In this document: positions 1-11,940 of the stretch, piece by piece
Layout: each line of letters opens with the position of its first letter
How positions within the stretch are numbered: position 1 is the first letter of the stretch
Source: Albugo candida
Taxonomy: Eukaryota
Length of the DNA stretch: 64,000 bases
Direction of reading: 5' to 3'
Assembly: GCA_040437565.1 (NCBI GenBank)
Contig: JBDOQK010000024.1
Coordinates: 62,001-126,000 of the forward strand
Made by a program: the position numbers and the translations under genes
The notes under the pieces: generated by a model
Databases searched by the model: none
What the model was told of the DNA's origin: nothing
The model's input: the letters and a program-made list of their open reading frames with translations, nothing else

Positions 1-483
1 CCATACGCGCAAGATGAAGTTGGAAATGTCCAGCACCTTCCGACGATTAAGGACGGTATGTACACTAGCTTGGTAGCTAGGAAGAAATTTGCCACGAGAC
101 AAAGCATAGCGATGGGCACCATGCACCACGTTGTTATCTTAGGCTTAAATACGCCTCGGTATTCAAGAAGGCTGGAGAAAGCATGCATTCTAGAATACTG
201 AGCGTTGTAGCTTGGTATGTTTCGACGGAAAGCATCCCCCGCACATCCTTCTGCCGTATTTAACTACCAATGGTGCAGTTTGGAACTTGAAGAGAAAGCA
301 GAAAGCACGCAATTTAGATTACTAAACGTTGCAACATGCTGAACTTATAGATACAGTATGATATATCAGGTTGAAGGACACGCTATTCTGAATCCTGGAA
401 ATGGAATCATTTTTGAATAGTCGACTAAGCGCACTGCAGTACATTGACAAAAAAGTGGAAAGAACAGGTTGGGGTAAGAGCAG

Positions 484-1545
484 ATGAAAGCCTTTTCTCT
501 CAAAACGTACGCTGCTCTTGCACTCGGGGCATTACAAGCTCGCCATTACTTTGTCGCCGCTACATTAGATTTGAGCGTTATAATATGGCCTGAATTAAGC
601 TTCGAGAATGGCCGTCTTTCCATTGACCAAAAGGAAAAGTATACTGTATCGATTCACTCAGATCACATCATAGGCCGTAGTGCGCTGACAAGTTTCATGA
701 ATCTGGTGCGTGGTTCGACAAGCCAAAGTAAAGGTATTATGCGATACGATGCGAATGATCAGCTCAGCCAACCTCTACTAGAAGAGCCAGGTACTGCTGA
801 GTACCATTTGGCTCACGATGTAGAAGACCAGTCGAGTATTTGGAAGTATGCCACACCTAAAACGGAGGATCTCATTAAAGTTTCACATACCACCAGCTGG
901 ACTTTGCCTGGATTCGGATTAGAAGAATGGTTCGAAGTTAAACTGCTATATGCTTACGACGGTGTTTTTTTTATGCAACATAAAGCCTATGTGGATAGGC
1001 ATGAGGGGTTATATACTTATACATGGACAACGGACAAAAAGTATACGCTCAAACTCGGAGGATCAGAGAAATTACTTGCCTCAAATCCCCTGGAAGACCG
1101 ACTTTCACAGGCGACTTTGGTATATGACGGGGATATGTGCTATTCGAATAATGTGCGACTAGATCTTGACATAAATACTATCAGTATACCAACAATTCTT
1201 TACAAACGAATCGAAAAAAGTCTAACTGAGCTCGGATGTCGGAAAGCAGGAGTAAATGAGCATTTTCTGTCGAAAGGACTGAGTTCCGATAAACTCAACC
1301 CATCAAAAGGGTCGAGAATGACGATCAGCGTGAGGTATTTTGGTCTTCCAACTATCCCCATCGATCTCTCTGCATATACCGTGACTGATAAAAAAAGCTG
1401 GACTGCTATGTTCCTGGAATCAAAGGACAGTGCATTAGTATTTGGAGCTCCAATATTACAGCAATACTCTATTACCATTCACAAAACCAAGAGTGAAAAA
1501 TTACATTATTTCCATCTTGCAAGGGACCCGGTTTCTTTGGAATGA
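484..1545 (+). CDS. Secreted family protein, copy 1 (353 aa); putative catalytically dead pepsin-fold protein
   Basis: Intact intronless ORF with a hydrophobic N-terminus (MKAFSLKTYAALALGALQARHYFVAA). Shares family motifs VRLDLDINTISIP, IDLSAYTV and LVFGAPILQQYSITI with the other copies. Confidence 0.85.
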   Translation: MKAFSLKTYAALALGALQARHYFVAATLDLSVIIWPELSFENGRLSIDQKEKYTVSIHSDHIIGRSALTSFMNLVRGSTSQSKGIMRYDANDQLSQPLLEEPGTAEYHLAHDVEDQSSIWKYATPKTEDLIKVSHTTSWTLPGFGLEEWFEVKLLYAYDGVFFMQHKAYVDRHEGLYTYTWTTDKKYTLKLGGSEKLLASNPLEDRLSQATLVYDGDMCYSNNVRLDLDINTISIPTILYKRIEKSLTELGCRKAGVNEHFLSKGLSSDKLNPSKGSRMTISVRYFGLPTIPIDLSAYTVTDKKSWTAMFLESKDSALVFGAPILQQYSITIHKTKSEKLHYFHLARDPVSLE

Positions 1546-4105
1546 AATCGGGGTAATCAGTACCTATTGAACTTTATATAAAGCCCATAGCGATTGTTAC
1601 ACAAATACAAGATACAAGATTTATCGTCAAATTGATGTATTGAACTGCGATATAGATTACTGAAATAGTAATTGTGGGATGAGCCGTGAATTTGACTTTG
1701 CGGAGCGCGAGAGCTAATGCCTCCTTTGTTGGAAGTTGAATGATGAAGATGAAGCCACAAAGGTTTTGCAGGAGGCAGAGGAGGAATCAATCCCGATAGC
1801 ACCAACTTTTGTGATTTCGGGCCGACGAAAAGACTTGATATCGCTTAGTCGTTTGATCTGTGTAAACGCTTGGTTAAGACTATTGAGAAAAAATCAGAAT
1901 GATGAAACCCGTACGGAACATACGTCGACATGGAATGCTTTGTTGTCTTACACTTCGAAAATGAGGTTGGTGAAACGTAGGTTTCGTGCTGTCTTACCTT
2001 CACATGAAAATTGATTCTAGTTGAGTCACAAAAGTTTCACACAAATATAGATGCACGTACCTGATTCAATGCTAGTTCGGACGCAGTAAGCAGTTCGTGA
2101 TAGTCAAGATCATCTGCTAATGCACCATGCGATGCAAGAAAAGAATATGCTCCATATCCACAAGGCGATCGAATTAGCGCAACTGATTGGGCATCACACG
2201 GCCGGGTAAAAGTATCGAACAGTGTTGCAACATCCGCGGCGAGAAGTGCACTAGAAGTCATATATGCAACATGATGATCACGTGACCGGCACCACAGATT
2301 ATATGGAAAAGTCAGACTCTTAGAACTAGTCGAGATGATTAAAATGAGTTTCCGCATGCGACCCAATATATATAGCAGTGATGCACATAGAAGTAGTTCA
2401 AATGGTGGAGATATTTGCACCGCTATTGTCATCATACCTGGTGAATAGAGCACACGTGTAAGTTTAGGATTGCTGTAGTCCGCTATAGACGACCATAACG
2501 TCGACATTCTATACCGTCAATGTTTTCCTGACGTCTGTGGAAATATAGCAAAAGCTACATGATGAAAGCTATTACCTCGACACTAAATTTTCTTTCTTCG
2601 TCAGACTTTGTGGAGCAACGTAGTGTGTTAAGGAGTCGTTTATCGTATTTTGCAGAGCCAATCTTCTCATGACCTATCGCACGTACACTGAAGACAATAC
2701 TGTGTTATGTGTGCCTCATTATGAAGAAGTCTGCACATATTATCGTACACCGTTTGTATGCGCAGACTCACAATTGAGTTCCAAAATATTACGGAAAATG
2801 CGAAGCCTGTGATATATACATGCAGTATCAATCTTGCAAACTGAGGGACAAACTCTAGATGCAAATTCAAAACGGATCGGATCTGGGACAAATGCTTGAC
2901 CAGGACACAACAAAATGGAGAAGCTTGGCATCGGCACCAGTCAGTCCCTTTCGGCATGTGGACGAGTATTTTGAAATCAATGGATTGTTGGATCAGATCA
3001 ACCTGATCGAAGTGCTATCGTCGTCACCCAATCCGACTTTTGAAATCCTTAGACTATTTCTTTGTTTTTTTTGCCATCCTTTGGAGCGTGGCGATGTTGG
3101 ATTAGGCTCGGGCTGAATAATTAGACCACATGGGTGCAATTGGAAGGACAAAATAACTTTCGAGAATGTTCGGGATCAGGTCAAAACTCTCGAGGTATGA
3201 AAAGGATTTTTAGTGACAACGACTGGCATTATTCAATTTTCTACTTAAGCAATCGGGTGATGAAGAGAATTCCATGGATGAAATAAAGGCAGCCTCACAC
3301 CTGGTACAATAATGTTCACTTGGGTCGAATATACGATGGGAGAAGGCTATAACGCCTGCTATTACGTCTATAAATGGGCATGTAGTAAGATTTCTGAACG
3401 AGAAAATGAGCTGACCGTTCATAAAGTATCCCAGATGCGAGAGATATGAGAACCTTTGTTGCTCCACAAATAAATTTATTCTCCGAGTTACTTGCAACAA
3501 CCATGTGAAACGCACAAGCCACATCACAACCTGAGAATGCATCGGACCCCACATTACCTAAAAGATGACGACCTTCGACGTGTAGTATAGACGTCCGCGT
3601 GGTGTGCAACGCGCTATCTCAATTGCTTTTAAAACGTTACTTGTGCTCTTGCAGTGCCATGCAACGCCGTCAAGCGGGCCACAAGACCAGCAATGGTTTT
3701 CGAGCGCTCTTTATAAAAACGGCTACCAGTATGGTTGTTGGAACGAAATTGTTCCAAGTGTGCTCTTTTATATGACCACGTGGCTGTAAAGCTGCAAAGT
3801 CGACATAAATTGGCTACTTCTGGTTGCAACACTGCTATATTCTACAGCACAAACCCGAAGCGTTTTGCATCTGATGACTACGATTGTGTCTGGTACCATT
3901 TCACTTACCTTGTGATAGAGAGACTGAATGATGCAGAATCTCGAATCGAACACCATACACATGTTGGTGAATATTCTTATTAGAGAGAGCAGGGATAGCC
4001 GTCAAGTTTTCAGAAACCTCACATTTTGACGAGCATACTCTTTATATCTTGAGCATAATAAACTGAGAATCAACCTTGCAAAGAATGGTGTATTGATCTT
4101 GTTGG

Positions 4106-4798
4106 TCAACTGATTGCGTCATTAATCCCATGCAAGTTTCGACGACACACATGTGTTTTGCGCAAGAAATGACGTAGAACTTGTTCCCTCGGTTATTTGA
4201 GTTTGGCCAGCCCAAAGACAGTACTTGTCGTCGTGTTATCTATGACTATGGACTCATCCAAGACGAATGTCGAGAAATCTTGATAGCTTCCACATCAACA
4301 TCTATTCGCATTCAGTGGTCCCAACCTTTATTTCGTGAAAAGTGGCAGTCGTCGCATGGCACTCCTGGAGCGAACGTTCCGGACTCGTCACTTTTAGCGT
4401 CTCCAGGATGTTTAAAACGCATACGTAGGCGAGTATATCATCCTCGATTTCCTGGTGCATAAGGTCGCGTACTCATATCGCTAGTAAGTCGTATGTATCT
4501 GTTCCTTAAACGTTGACGTCGAAACTATTGTCAACTTCAACAGAACATATCTGACTTCGAGATCTTGATTTAAAAATGTAGTTGAATCCTTAATATATGC
4601 AAAATGATTTGTGGACAGATTCGACCACGTCGGCTAGAGTATCTTGTTGGATCAAAGGGTACGAATTGCTCGTTGTTTACTGAGTCACGCAAGGAACTGT
4701 CATCTGACCAGCTCAAATTCGGATTCATTACGACCTTCTATAACGACCTCAAAACCCGAGCCAAGAATAGGGTATGCTTACATAAAAAAGGTTCTCAT
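4106..4798 (-). pseudogene. Secreted family pseudogene, copy 2 (early stop and internal deletion)
   Basis: Minus strand reads MRTFFM*AYPILG from 4798, then MRIDVDVEAIKI (~4310-4280) and IVIDNT (~4250). The segment between those motifs is deleted. Closest to the copy at 34194-35256. 3' end approximate. Confidence 0.75.
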
Positions 4799-4814
4799 TC
4801 TTGCGAGAGAATCT

Positions 4815-6418
4815 CCACCGCTCAATTAAGCCCTTGCGGTCAACTACAGCCAGCAATAAAGAAAGAATTTGTCTCGAGAAGCCAACTTTGCGGATATAGA
4901 ATTCGTACTTTGTAAATATGGAAACGTATTTTTCGGTTATAGTGAAACAAAGAGGTGCATTCCCAAAGTTCAAGTCGCACTTAATGTATGCTAATACTAT
5001 CACTGATAAGTTCGAACGAGCTATGTGCAGCACCGTATCTCCAGAAATGCTCTGCATCTTTAGAAGAAAATCAACTTTTGTTTTACACATTAAGTATCTC
5101 GAAGATTTTATTATCGGTATGATAGCACAATGTCAGATCACGACTGCTTTGCTAAATTGTAACAAATGCAAAAAAAAACGCTTGGAGAACCACCGTGATG
5201 CTGCAATACGTACCAATCGGCCATTACTATTAAAAGTAAACATAGTTCCATCAAACTGCATCTATGCTTTCCTGTTGGACTTCAATAACATCATTGTTTG
5301 AACTTGGCCTGTAACTACTGCAAAAAGATCGGCATATATAGCAGTCCATTAATGCGGTGTTGCCAGTATTTCGCTTCTTTTAATTTGAGTTTCTAGGCAT
5401 GCAGAAAAAGTATTATTCTCTTCTGTCTAGCCCTAGAACTTTCCCCGTTTGACCTCCGACAATGTGTTCGCAAAAGGGTGTCTGATTGATTAGAAAGAGT
5501 CATGACTTTCATCAAATTTTATTTGTGCACTAGCTATCTTGGTGTGCGGAAAGTCTCTTCTTGCATTTGACATGCAGCCGTCAGAACGAGTAACGCTATA
5601 ACAGTTCTTAAAACTTTCAACTCTGTCCACAGTTCATCAAGGCGTCTCTATACCACATGTAACAGCTATCACTCGTACAGAAAGAAAACAAGTAGGCCTG
5701 CACATCGAACAGCCAGTGCTGCAACGAGCTATTCAAATTTCAATTTGGTTTTTGTATGACACCTGTGTTGCAAGTATAATGCCGAAGGCGTGAGGACCAC
5801 TAGGCTATAGGAGAACATACCCTGAACGTCAAACTTTCAGTTATCCTCAAAGCATCCTCGAAGTGAACGGTGCAGCCTATAGGAATCTCCATGCAGAAAA
5901 GTTTGAGTTCGAGTCACTAGAGAAGAATTGCCATTCTACAAGTCTAAAATAAGACACTAAGAAAGTTCGCAACACCCTCTTCAAAAGAGTGCTTTCTTCT
6001 TGGCAGTGGTATCAGAGAAAAGTAATAGTCGACTGGTACGTGTTGGAGTATCATGGTGGTTCTTCAAGCGTTTTTTTTGCATTTGTTACAATTCAGCAAA
6101 GTTGTGGTGATCTATCATACCGATAATAAACTCTTCGAGACACTTAAAGTAAATTTTCACTTAAAGATGCAAAGCATTTTTGCAGATACGGTACTACACA
6201 ATGCTCGCTCGAACTTATCAGCGATAGTACCAGCATACATAAAGTGCGACTTCTTTGAACTTTGCGAATGCACCTCTTTTTGTCTCACTTTAAACCGATA
6301 AATACGTTTCCATATTTACAAAGTACGAATTCTATATCCGCAAAGTTGGCTTCTCGAGACAAAATTCTTTCTTTATTGCTGGCTGCACTTGACCTCAAGG
6401 GCTTGATTGAGCGGTAGT
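4815..6418. repeat. Inverted pair of ~400-bp upstream (promoter) regions between divergent family copies; arms ~4815-5232 and ~6020-6418
   Basis: For example, gagaagccaactttgcggatatagaattcgtactttgtaaatatggaaacgtattt (~4876-4930) is the reverse complement of ~6300-6356. The arms are diverged elsewhere. Confidence 0.85.
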
Positions 6419-6473
6419 TGTCCATTCATTTTTCAAAAGTCGACTTGGAGGACAAAGTACAAAAGCTCTTCCT

Positions 6474-7602
6474 ATGAAAACGTATACTATTCTTGGGCTC
6501 GGATTGTTTTTCGTGTATCATCAAGCTATGGCCGCGATAGAAGGCTTGGTCGTACATAACGAAGACAAATTGTTTTCCTCTGATGGCACGATCTTGTTTT
6601 ATTCGATTAATGACGATTCTACGTACCTTTTGTATCTTGAATCTCCGTTTAGCATGGTAGAAATGGCGTCCAGCCTCGTACAAGAGGGTATCTACAATTC
6701 AGTCGTGTATTCCTGACCATTGATCGTATTGCGTACTGGCACACACATGCTTGAATAAGTCAGACTTTTTGGCTTAGATGATTTAAAAAAATTGTCCCAC
6801 AACTGAGTTAAAATTGTCCCACAACTGAGTTATATATAACTCAGTTGTGGGACAATTTTTCAAATCATCTAAGCCAAAAAGTCTGACTTATTCAAGCATG
6901 TGTGTGCCAGTACGCAATACGATCAATGGTCAGGAATACACGACCGGCTGGCGATTGTCAGGAATGGAACTGAAAAAATGGATTGATTTGAAATATTTAT
7001 ACACTGTCGGCAACTTTTTTTTCATGACTGCTCAAACTTATCTAACACATAATGAAGGATTGTATTATCTCACGTGGACAGAGCCCGAAAAATATGAGAT
7101 CAATTTCGGAGCTCATAAAGTTGAACGAAATACAGGAGTAAATATTTACAAAGGGTATTTCAGAACGGATATAGTTTCACTTGTGACTGACCCTGAGAAC
7201 CTGAAAAACCAGAAAATACGAATTGATATTGATGTCGAAGCTATCCAAATCCCAGGAGCATACTTCGAACATATAAAAAATAAGCTCTCATATATGGGCG
7301 TACAGCTTATCAAAGGTGAAGATAAAGTCAGACTCGTTTCACCTGCAAACGAGAAAAGAGAAATGTCATCAGAACAGGAACGTAAGCTCGATTTCATTAT
7401 ACGACTCCCGGAGGACGAGTTCATCGACCTCAATCCACTACACCACACGCAAGCCATGTTCTTTGAGAAATCAAAAGACGATACATGGGTACTGGGTAGT
7501 TCAATTCTAAGAATTTACTCCATTGTCATGGATAATACGGGCAGCGATATCTTTTGTCGCTTCGTTGAACCTTATCAAAGTAATGGAGAAACCTCGCAAT
7601 AG
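6474..7602 (+). pseudogene. Secreted family copy 3, split by an internal palindrome
   Basis: ORF 6474-6716 gives the signal peptide and N-terminus (MKTYTILGLGLFFVYHQAMA). ORF 6847-7602 gives the C-terminal two-thirds (IRIDIDVEAIQIP, DDTWVLGSSILRIYSIVMDN). The usual first ATG reads ACA (ACA AAA GCT CTT CCT ATG). Confidence 0.75.
6702..6944. repeat. Spacerless ~240-bp palindrome (inverted duplication of coding sequence)
   Basis: Symmetry centre in gttatatataac (6829-6840). The left arm carries a 22-bp tandem duplication (aaattgtcccacaactgagtta x2) and a small mismatch/indel. Confidence 0.95.
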
Positions 7603-7943
7603 GTCTACAAAGGATAAATACATACTCTCGTTTGCAATTTTGATTCTATTGTTGTTGTATCTCAATAAAAAAAGTTACCTCGTGACATACGCCCACCATT
7701 TGAGAACTCAAAATACTTGTTACGAGAAGGGCGGTCGCCGCGACGCCAATTTGAACTGCTGACACAAACCAAGGGATGGAGCTACGCGAGCCGGCTGGCT
7801 CATCCCCCTCCATCCCTTGGTTTGTGTCAGCAGTTCAAATTGGNNNNNNNNNNNNNNNNNNNNNNNNNNNNNNNNNNNNNNNNNNNNNNNNNNNNNNNNN
7901 NNNNNNNNNNNNNNNNNNNNNNNNNNNNNNNNNNNNNNNNNNN

Positions 7944-8840
7944 AAGTCTGACTTATTCAAGCATGTGTGTGCCAGTACGCAATACGATCAATGGTCAGGA
8001 ATACACGACCGGCTGGCGATTGTCAGGAATGGAACTGAAAAAATGGATTGATTTGAAATATTTATACACTGTCGGCAACTTTTTTTTCATGACTGCTCAA
8101 ACTTATCTAACACATAATGAAGGATTGTATTATCTCACGTGGACAGAGCCCGAAAAATATGAGATCAATTTCGGAGCTCATAAAGTTGAACGAAATACAG
8201 GAGTAAATATTTACAAAGGGTATTTCAGAACGGATATAGTTTCACTTGTGACTGACCCTGAGAACCTGAAAAACCAGAAAATACGAATTGATATTGATGT
8301 CGAAGCTATCCAAATCCCAGGAGCATACTTCGAACATATAAAAAATAAGCTCTCATATATGGGCGTACAGCTTATCAAAGGTGAAGATAAAGTCAGACTC
8401 GTTTCACCTGCAAACGAGAAAAGAGAAATGTCATCAGAACAGGAACGTAAGCTCGATTTCATTATACGACTCCCGGAGGACGAGTTCATCGACCTCAATC
8501 CACTACACCACACGCAAGCCATGTTCTTTGAGAAATCAAAAGACGATACATGGGTACTGGGTAGTTCAATTCTAAGAATTTACTCCATTGTCATGGATAA
8601 TACGGGCAGCGATATCTTTTGTCGCTTCGTTGAACCTTATCAAAGTAATGGAGAAACCTCGCAATAGGTCTACAAAGGATAAATACATACTCTCGTTTGC
8701 AATTTTGATTCTATTGTTGTTGTATCTCAATAAAAAAAGTTACCTCGTGACATACGCCCACCATTTGAGAACTCAAAATACTTGTTACGAGAAGGGCGGT
8801 CGCCGCGACGCCAATTTGAACTGCTGACACAAACCAAGGG
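7944..8840 (+). other. Gap-flanking exact duplicate of ~6879-7780 (assembly artefact copy of family copy 3 C-terminus)
   Basis: Sequence restarts identically right after a 100-N gap; the translation is identical to the 6847-7602 ORF. Confidence 0.85.
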
Positions 8841-10689
8841 ATGGAGGGGGATGAGCCAGCCGGCTCGCGTAGCTCCAGTGTCATGTTCAGCGTTGGATAT
8901 TCGCGATTAGGATGACGAGATTATTGCGTGTACGACATCAGAAATTTTGTTCTTTGAACACATCAATAAAACTGACGACTCTTGTTTAGAAATCGACATC
9001 TGTGACCAATCGCGATGACCCGCTCTGTGAATAGTAACAGAAATTGCTATCTATTTCGAACAGAATCATTACCGACGAAAGCAATGGTAAAAGAGCTATG
9101 ATCGTCCCAAACATCCTCAACGTGATGTGTACGACGCAGCTTAGTGCTTTGTCTAATATCCATGTAACTGGCGATACTCGGAAGAATGTTTGGGCACATG
9201 GAAATATGTTCTCATGGTCATGTTTGTACCGTCGTGCTCAACACCCAATTGTTCCATTTGCAATTCCACACCCTTCATACTCGCTGTCACCNNNNNNNNN
9301 NNNNNNNNNNNNNNNNNNNNNNNNNNNNNNNNNNNNNNNNNNNNNNNNNNNNNNNNNNNNNNNNNNNNNNNNNNNNNNNNNNNNNNNNNNNCTTGTTACG
9401 AGAAGGGCGGTCGCCGCGACGCCAATTTGAACTGCTGACACAAACCAAGGGATGGAGGGGGATGAGCCAGCCGGCTCGCGTAGCTCCAGTGTCATGTTCA
9501 GCGTTGGATATTCGCGATTAGGATGACGAGATTATTGCGTGTACGACATCAGAAATTTTGTTCTTTGAACACATCAATAAAACTGACGACTCTTGTTTAG
9601 AAATCGACATCTGTGACCAATCGCGATGACCCGCTCTGTGAATAGTAACAGAAATTGCTATCTATTTCGAACAGAATCATTACCGACGAAAGCAATGGTA
9701 AAAGAGCTATGATCGTCCCAAACATCCTCAACGTGATGTGTACGACGCAGCTTAGTGCTTTGTCTAATATCCATGTAACTGGCGATACTCGGAAGAATGT
9801 TTGGGCACATGGAAATATGTTCTCATGGTCATGTTTGTACCGTCGTGCTCAACACCCAATTGTTCCATTTGCAATTCCACACCCTTCATACTCGCTGTCA
9901 CCAGTTAAATGCTTGGAGCAAATCGATTTGATTCATTCCAAGAGCGACCGAAAGCTTTGCTGGGACTCAATCTTCGCTTGACGGCAATGTTTATACGCTG
10001 CGAGTGACACAAGGAAGATTGCAAAATTGACAGGATACTGTGCTGCACATCACGTGGACGTTTGTACAGCACACACATCGCCGACGAACTTTCTATCGAA
10101 ATAGATCACTTTACACTCAAAAATAGAATTCGATACCTTTTGTGGAATGTGGCTTCCTCGATCGTACTGTATTTTCTGGTCGAAATCGTAAGGAGAAGAT
10201 ATGGCACCAAGCTTGTTTGCATGATTGTACGCGGCTTGGAAAATATCTAACAGAACTCCAAGCAGCTGCTGTGTCGTTTGGTACGAAATAGCTGACATAT
10301 ACCGAAAGGAAGTGTTCGAAAAGCGATGATAGACAATTTTCATGGGTGACTTCACAGCACCAAATCTCATCTCTCGAGTCATGAATTTAGACTGCCAACA
10401 GTGCATAGCCAGATACTGGTAACGATCCAATTCGTTTTTGAGTTCGAATCTTCACGCTGTCGATTGCTGTTGTTCGATAGGAAGCAGAACTTCATCATAT
10501 AGACCATTTTCAACGTCAATCTAAAGCTTGGAAATGCCGATGCACGTCTCCATCCATAAAAATTAGGTTATCATACATGAGAGTCAGAGGAAGAAAACAT
10601 GCTCATCACGTATCGCGTTCCATTGCGTAACGCTTTGTCGGATGGGGTGGGGCGTTGGATTCATGGGATTGCTCGCCATGCGTAGACTT

Positions 10690-11940
10690 TATTCCATCCA
10701 TCCATCGCCGCATTTCTAGGAAAGTCGATCGACAAGATACAAGCACTCGAACAAATGTCGCTTTGATGTACGCGGTATTGTGCACGCTACCATTGTTCAA
10801 TATTGTAAATCCAACAAAGTAGTCATTGGGGTACTTTTCCACACGAATGTGACGTCTATTCAATACGCATTCGGCTCCATCATTGAAAACATCTTGGATA
10901 AGATTTTGCAGCTTCAGATATGAGAGGACCAATTTCCGATCCAACTTCTGCTCCTCCGTCTACCTTATAGGCATTTGAGCGGTGCACAATTTCGTCCAAA
11001 ACAGATGAATATACACAAACTGGGAGAGGACTCATATATCAGGCATTTGTGTTTCCAACGGAAATAGCAACAGATGGACATGCAGCGTTGACCCGCTGCT
11101 CCAAAATCTGCCTCGATGATCGCGTTGATGGCATGAGCTTTGTCACAATCCGGAAGAATGACGGCGTGATTCTTGGCTCCGGGATTAGCTTGTATCTGTT
11201 CACCAATCGCACTACCTCGTGCATGAATATACTCCCCAGCTCTATATCCTCCAAAACATGATATGGATTTGATCTCGGGTGCATCACATAAAAGTCGACA
11301 GGACTCTAAAAAGAAGTTACACGAGCTGTGACGATTTTGTGGGGCATCAAATTGTATTACCGGTGAGCCATAAATGATATCGAGCACTCCGTCTGGCAGT
11401 TCAGCCTCTTTTGCCAACCTTGCAAGGATCTATGCAATCAAACTGAGAGCTGATCGAAACGATATGGAGTGAGATCTTTACCATTGTAGCTCCTGGAACC
11501 TTTTCTGCTTTTTTCAGGAAACATCCAAATTGGTAACATTGTTTGGGAAAATGTCGGCTCACACGCTCAAAGCTTGTCAGTATGTTTCTCGCATCGTTAG
11601 AATAACAGCTGCGCAAGTATGTTCGATGACTTCTGTCCCATCCAAATGATTTTAAATAGAAGAAGAAATAAGAGATGGATTTAATATACAGTATTATGCA
11701 GGCCTCAATCTATTTCGCCTTTGGCATCCGACAGAGTTTTCTCCTGCTCCGTTGGGATCGATTTATCAATCTTTTCCATATGATTGCGTACGAGTATTGT
11801 AATTTGAACATGACCCGTTGGCTGTGTTGTAAACCGAATTGTTTCAACCGATGGAAGCATAACGTGCTGTGTAAACCCCTCATTCCATATTTGGTTTCAA
11901 TGGCTTCAGGAACATGAAATATCACTTCTACCACATAAAA
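10690..11940 (-). pseudogene. ALDH6A1: Methylmalonate-semialdehyde dehydrogenase (ALDH6 family) relic, intron-containing and decayed
   Basis: Fragments in the expected order: QHSQRVMFKLQ; LKKAEKVPGATM; AKEAELPDGVLDIIYG; CDAPEIKSISCFGG..AGEYIHARGS; GAKNHAVILPD; FGAAGQRCM (catalytic Cys); VEKYPNDYFVGFTILNN. Many normally invariant residues are changed and the frame is broken. Ends approximate. Confidence 0.85.

Noticed and set aside
7746-7843. Hairpin at the contig end
   Set aside because: The overlapping copies at ~8810-8880 and ~9420-9490 show the unfolded sequence. The fold switches at tggag/ctcca microhomology beside a gap, so it is a chimeric-read artefact.
7717-8667. 316-aa ORF and other ORFs running through X stretches
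   Set aside because: They are open only because N runs contain no stop codons.
7944-8840. Apparent tandem gene duplicate of copy 3
   Set aside because: Identical sequence restarting right after a 100-N gap indicates an unmerged contig overlap; not counted as a family member.
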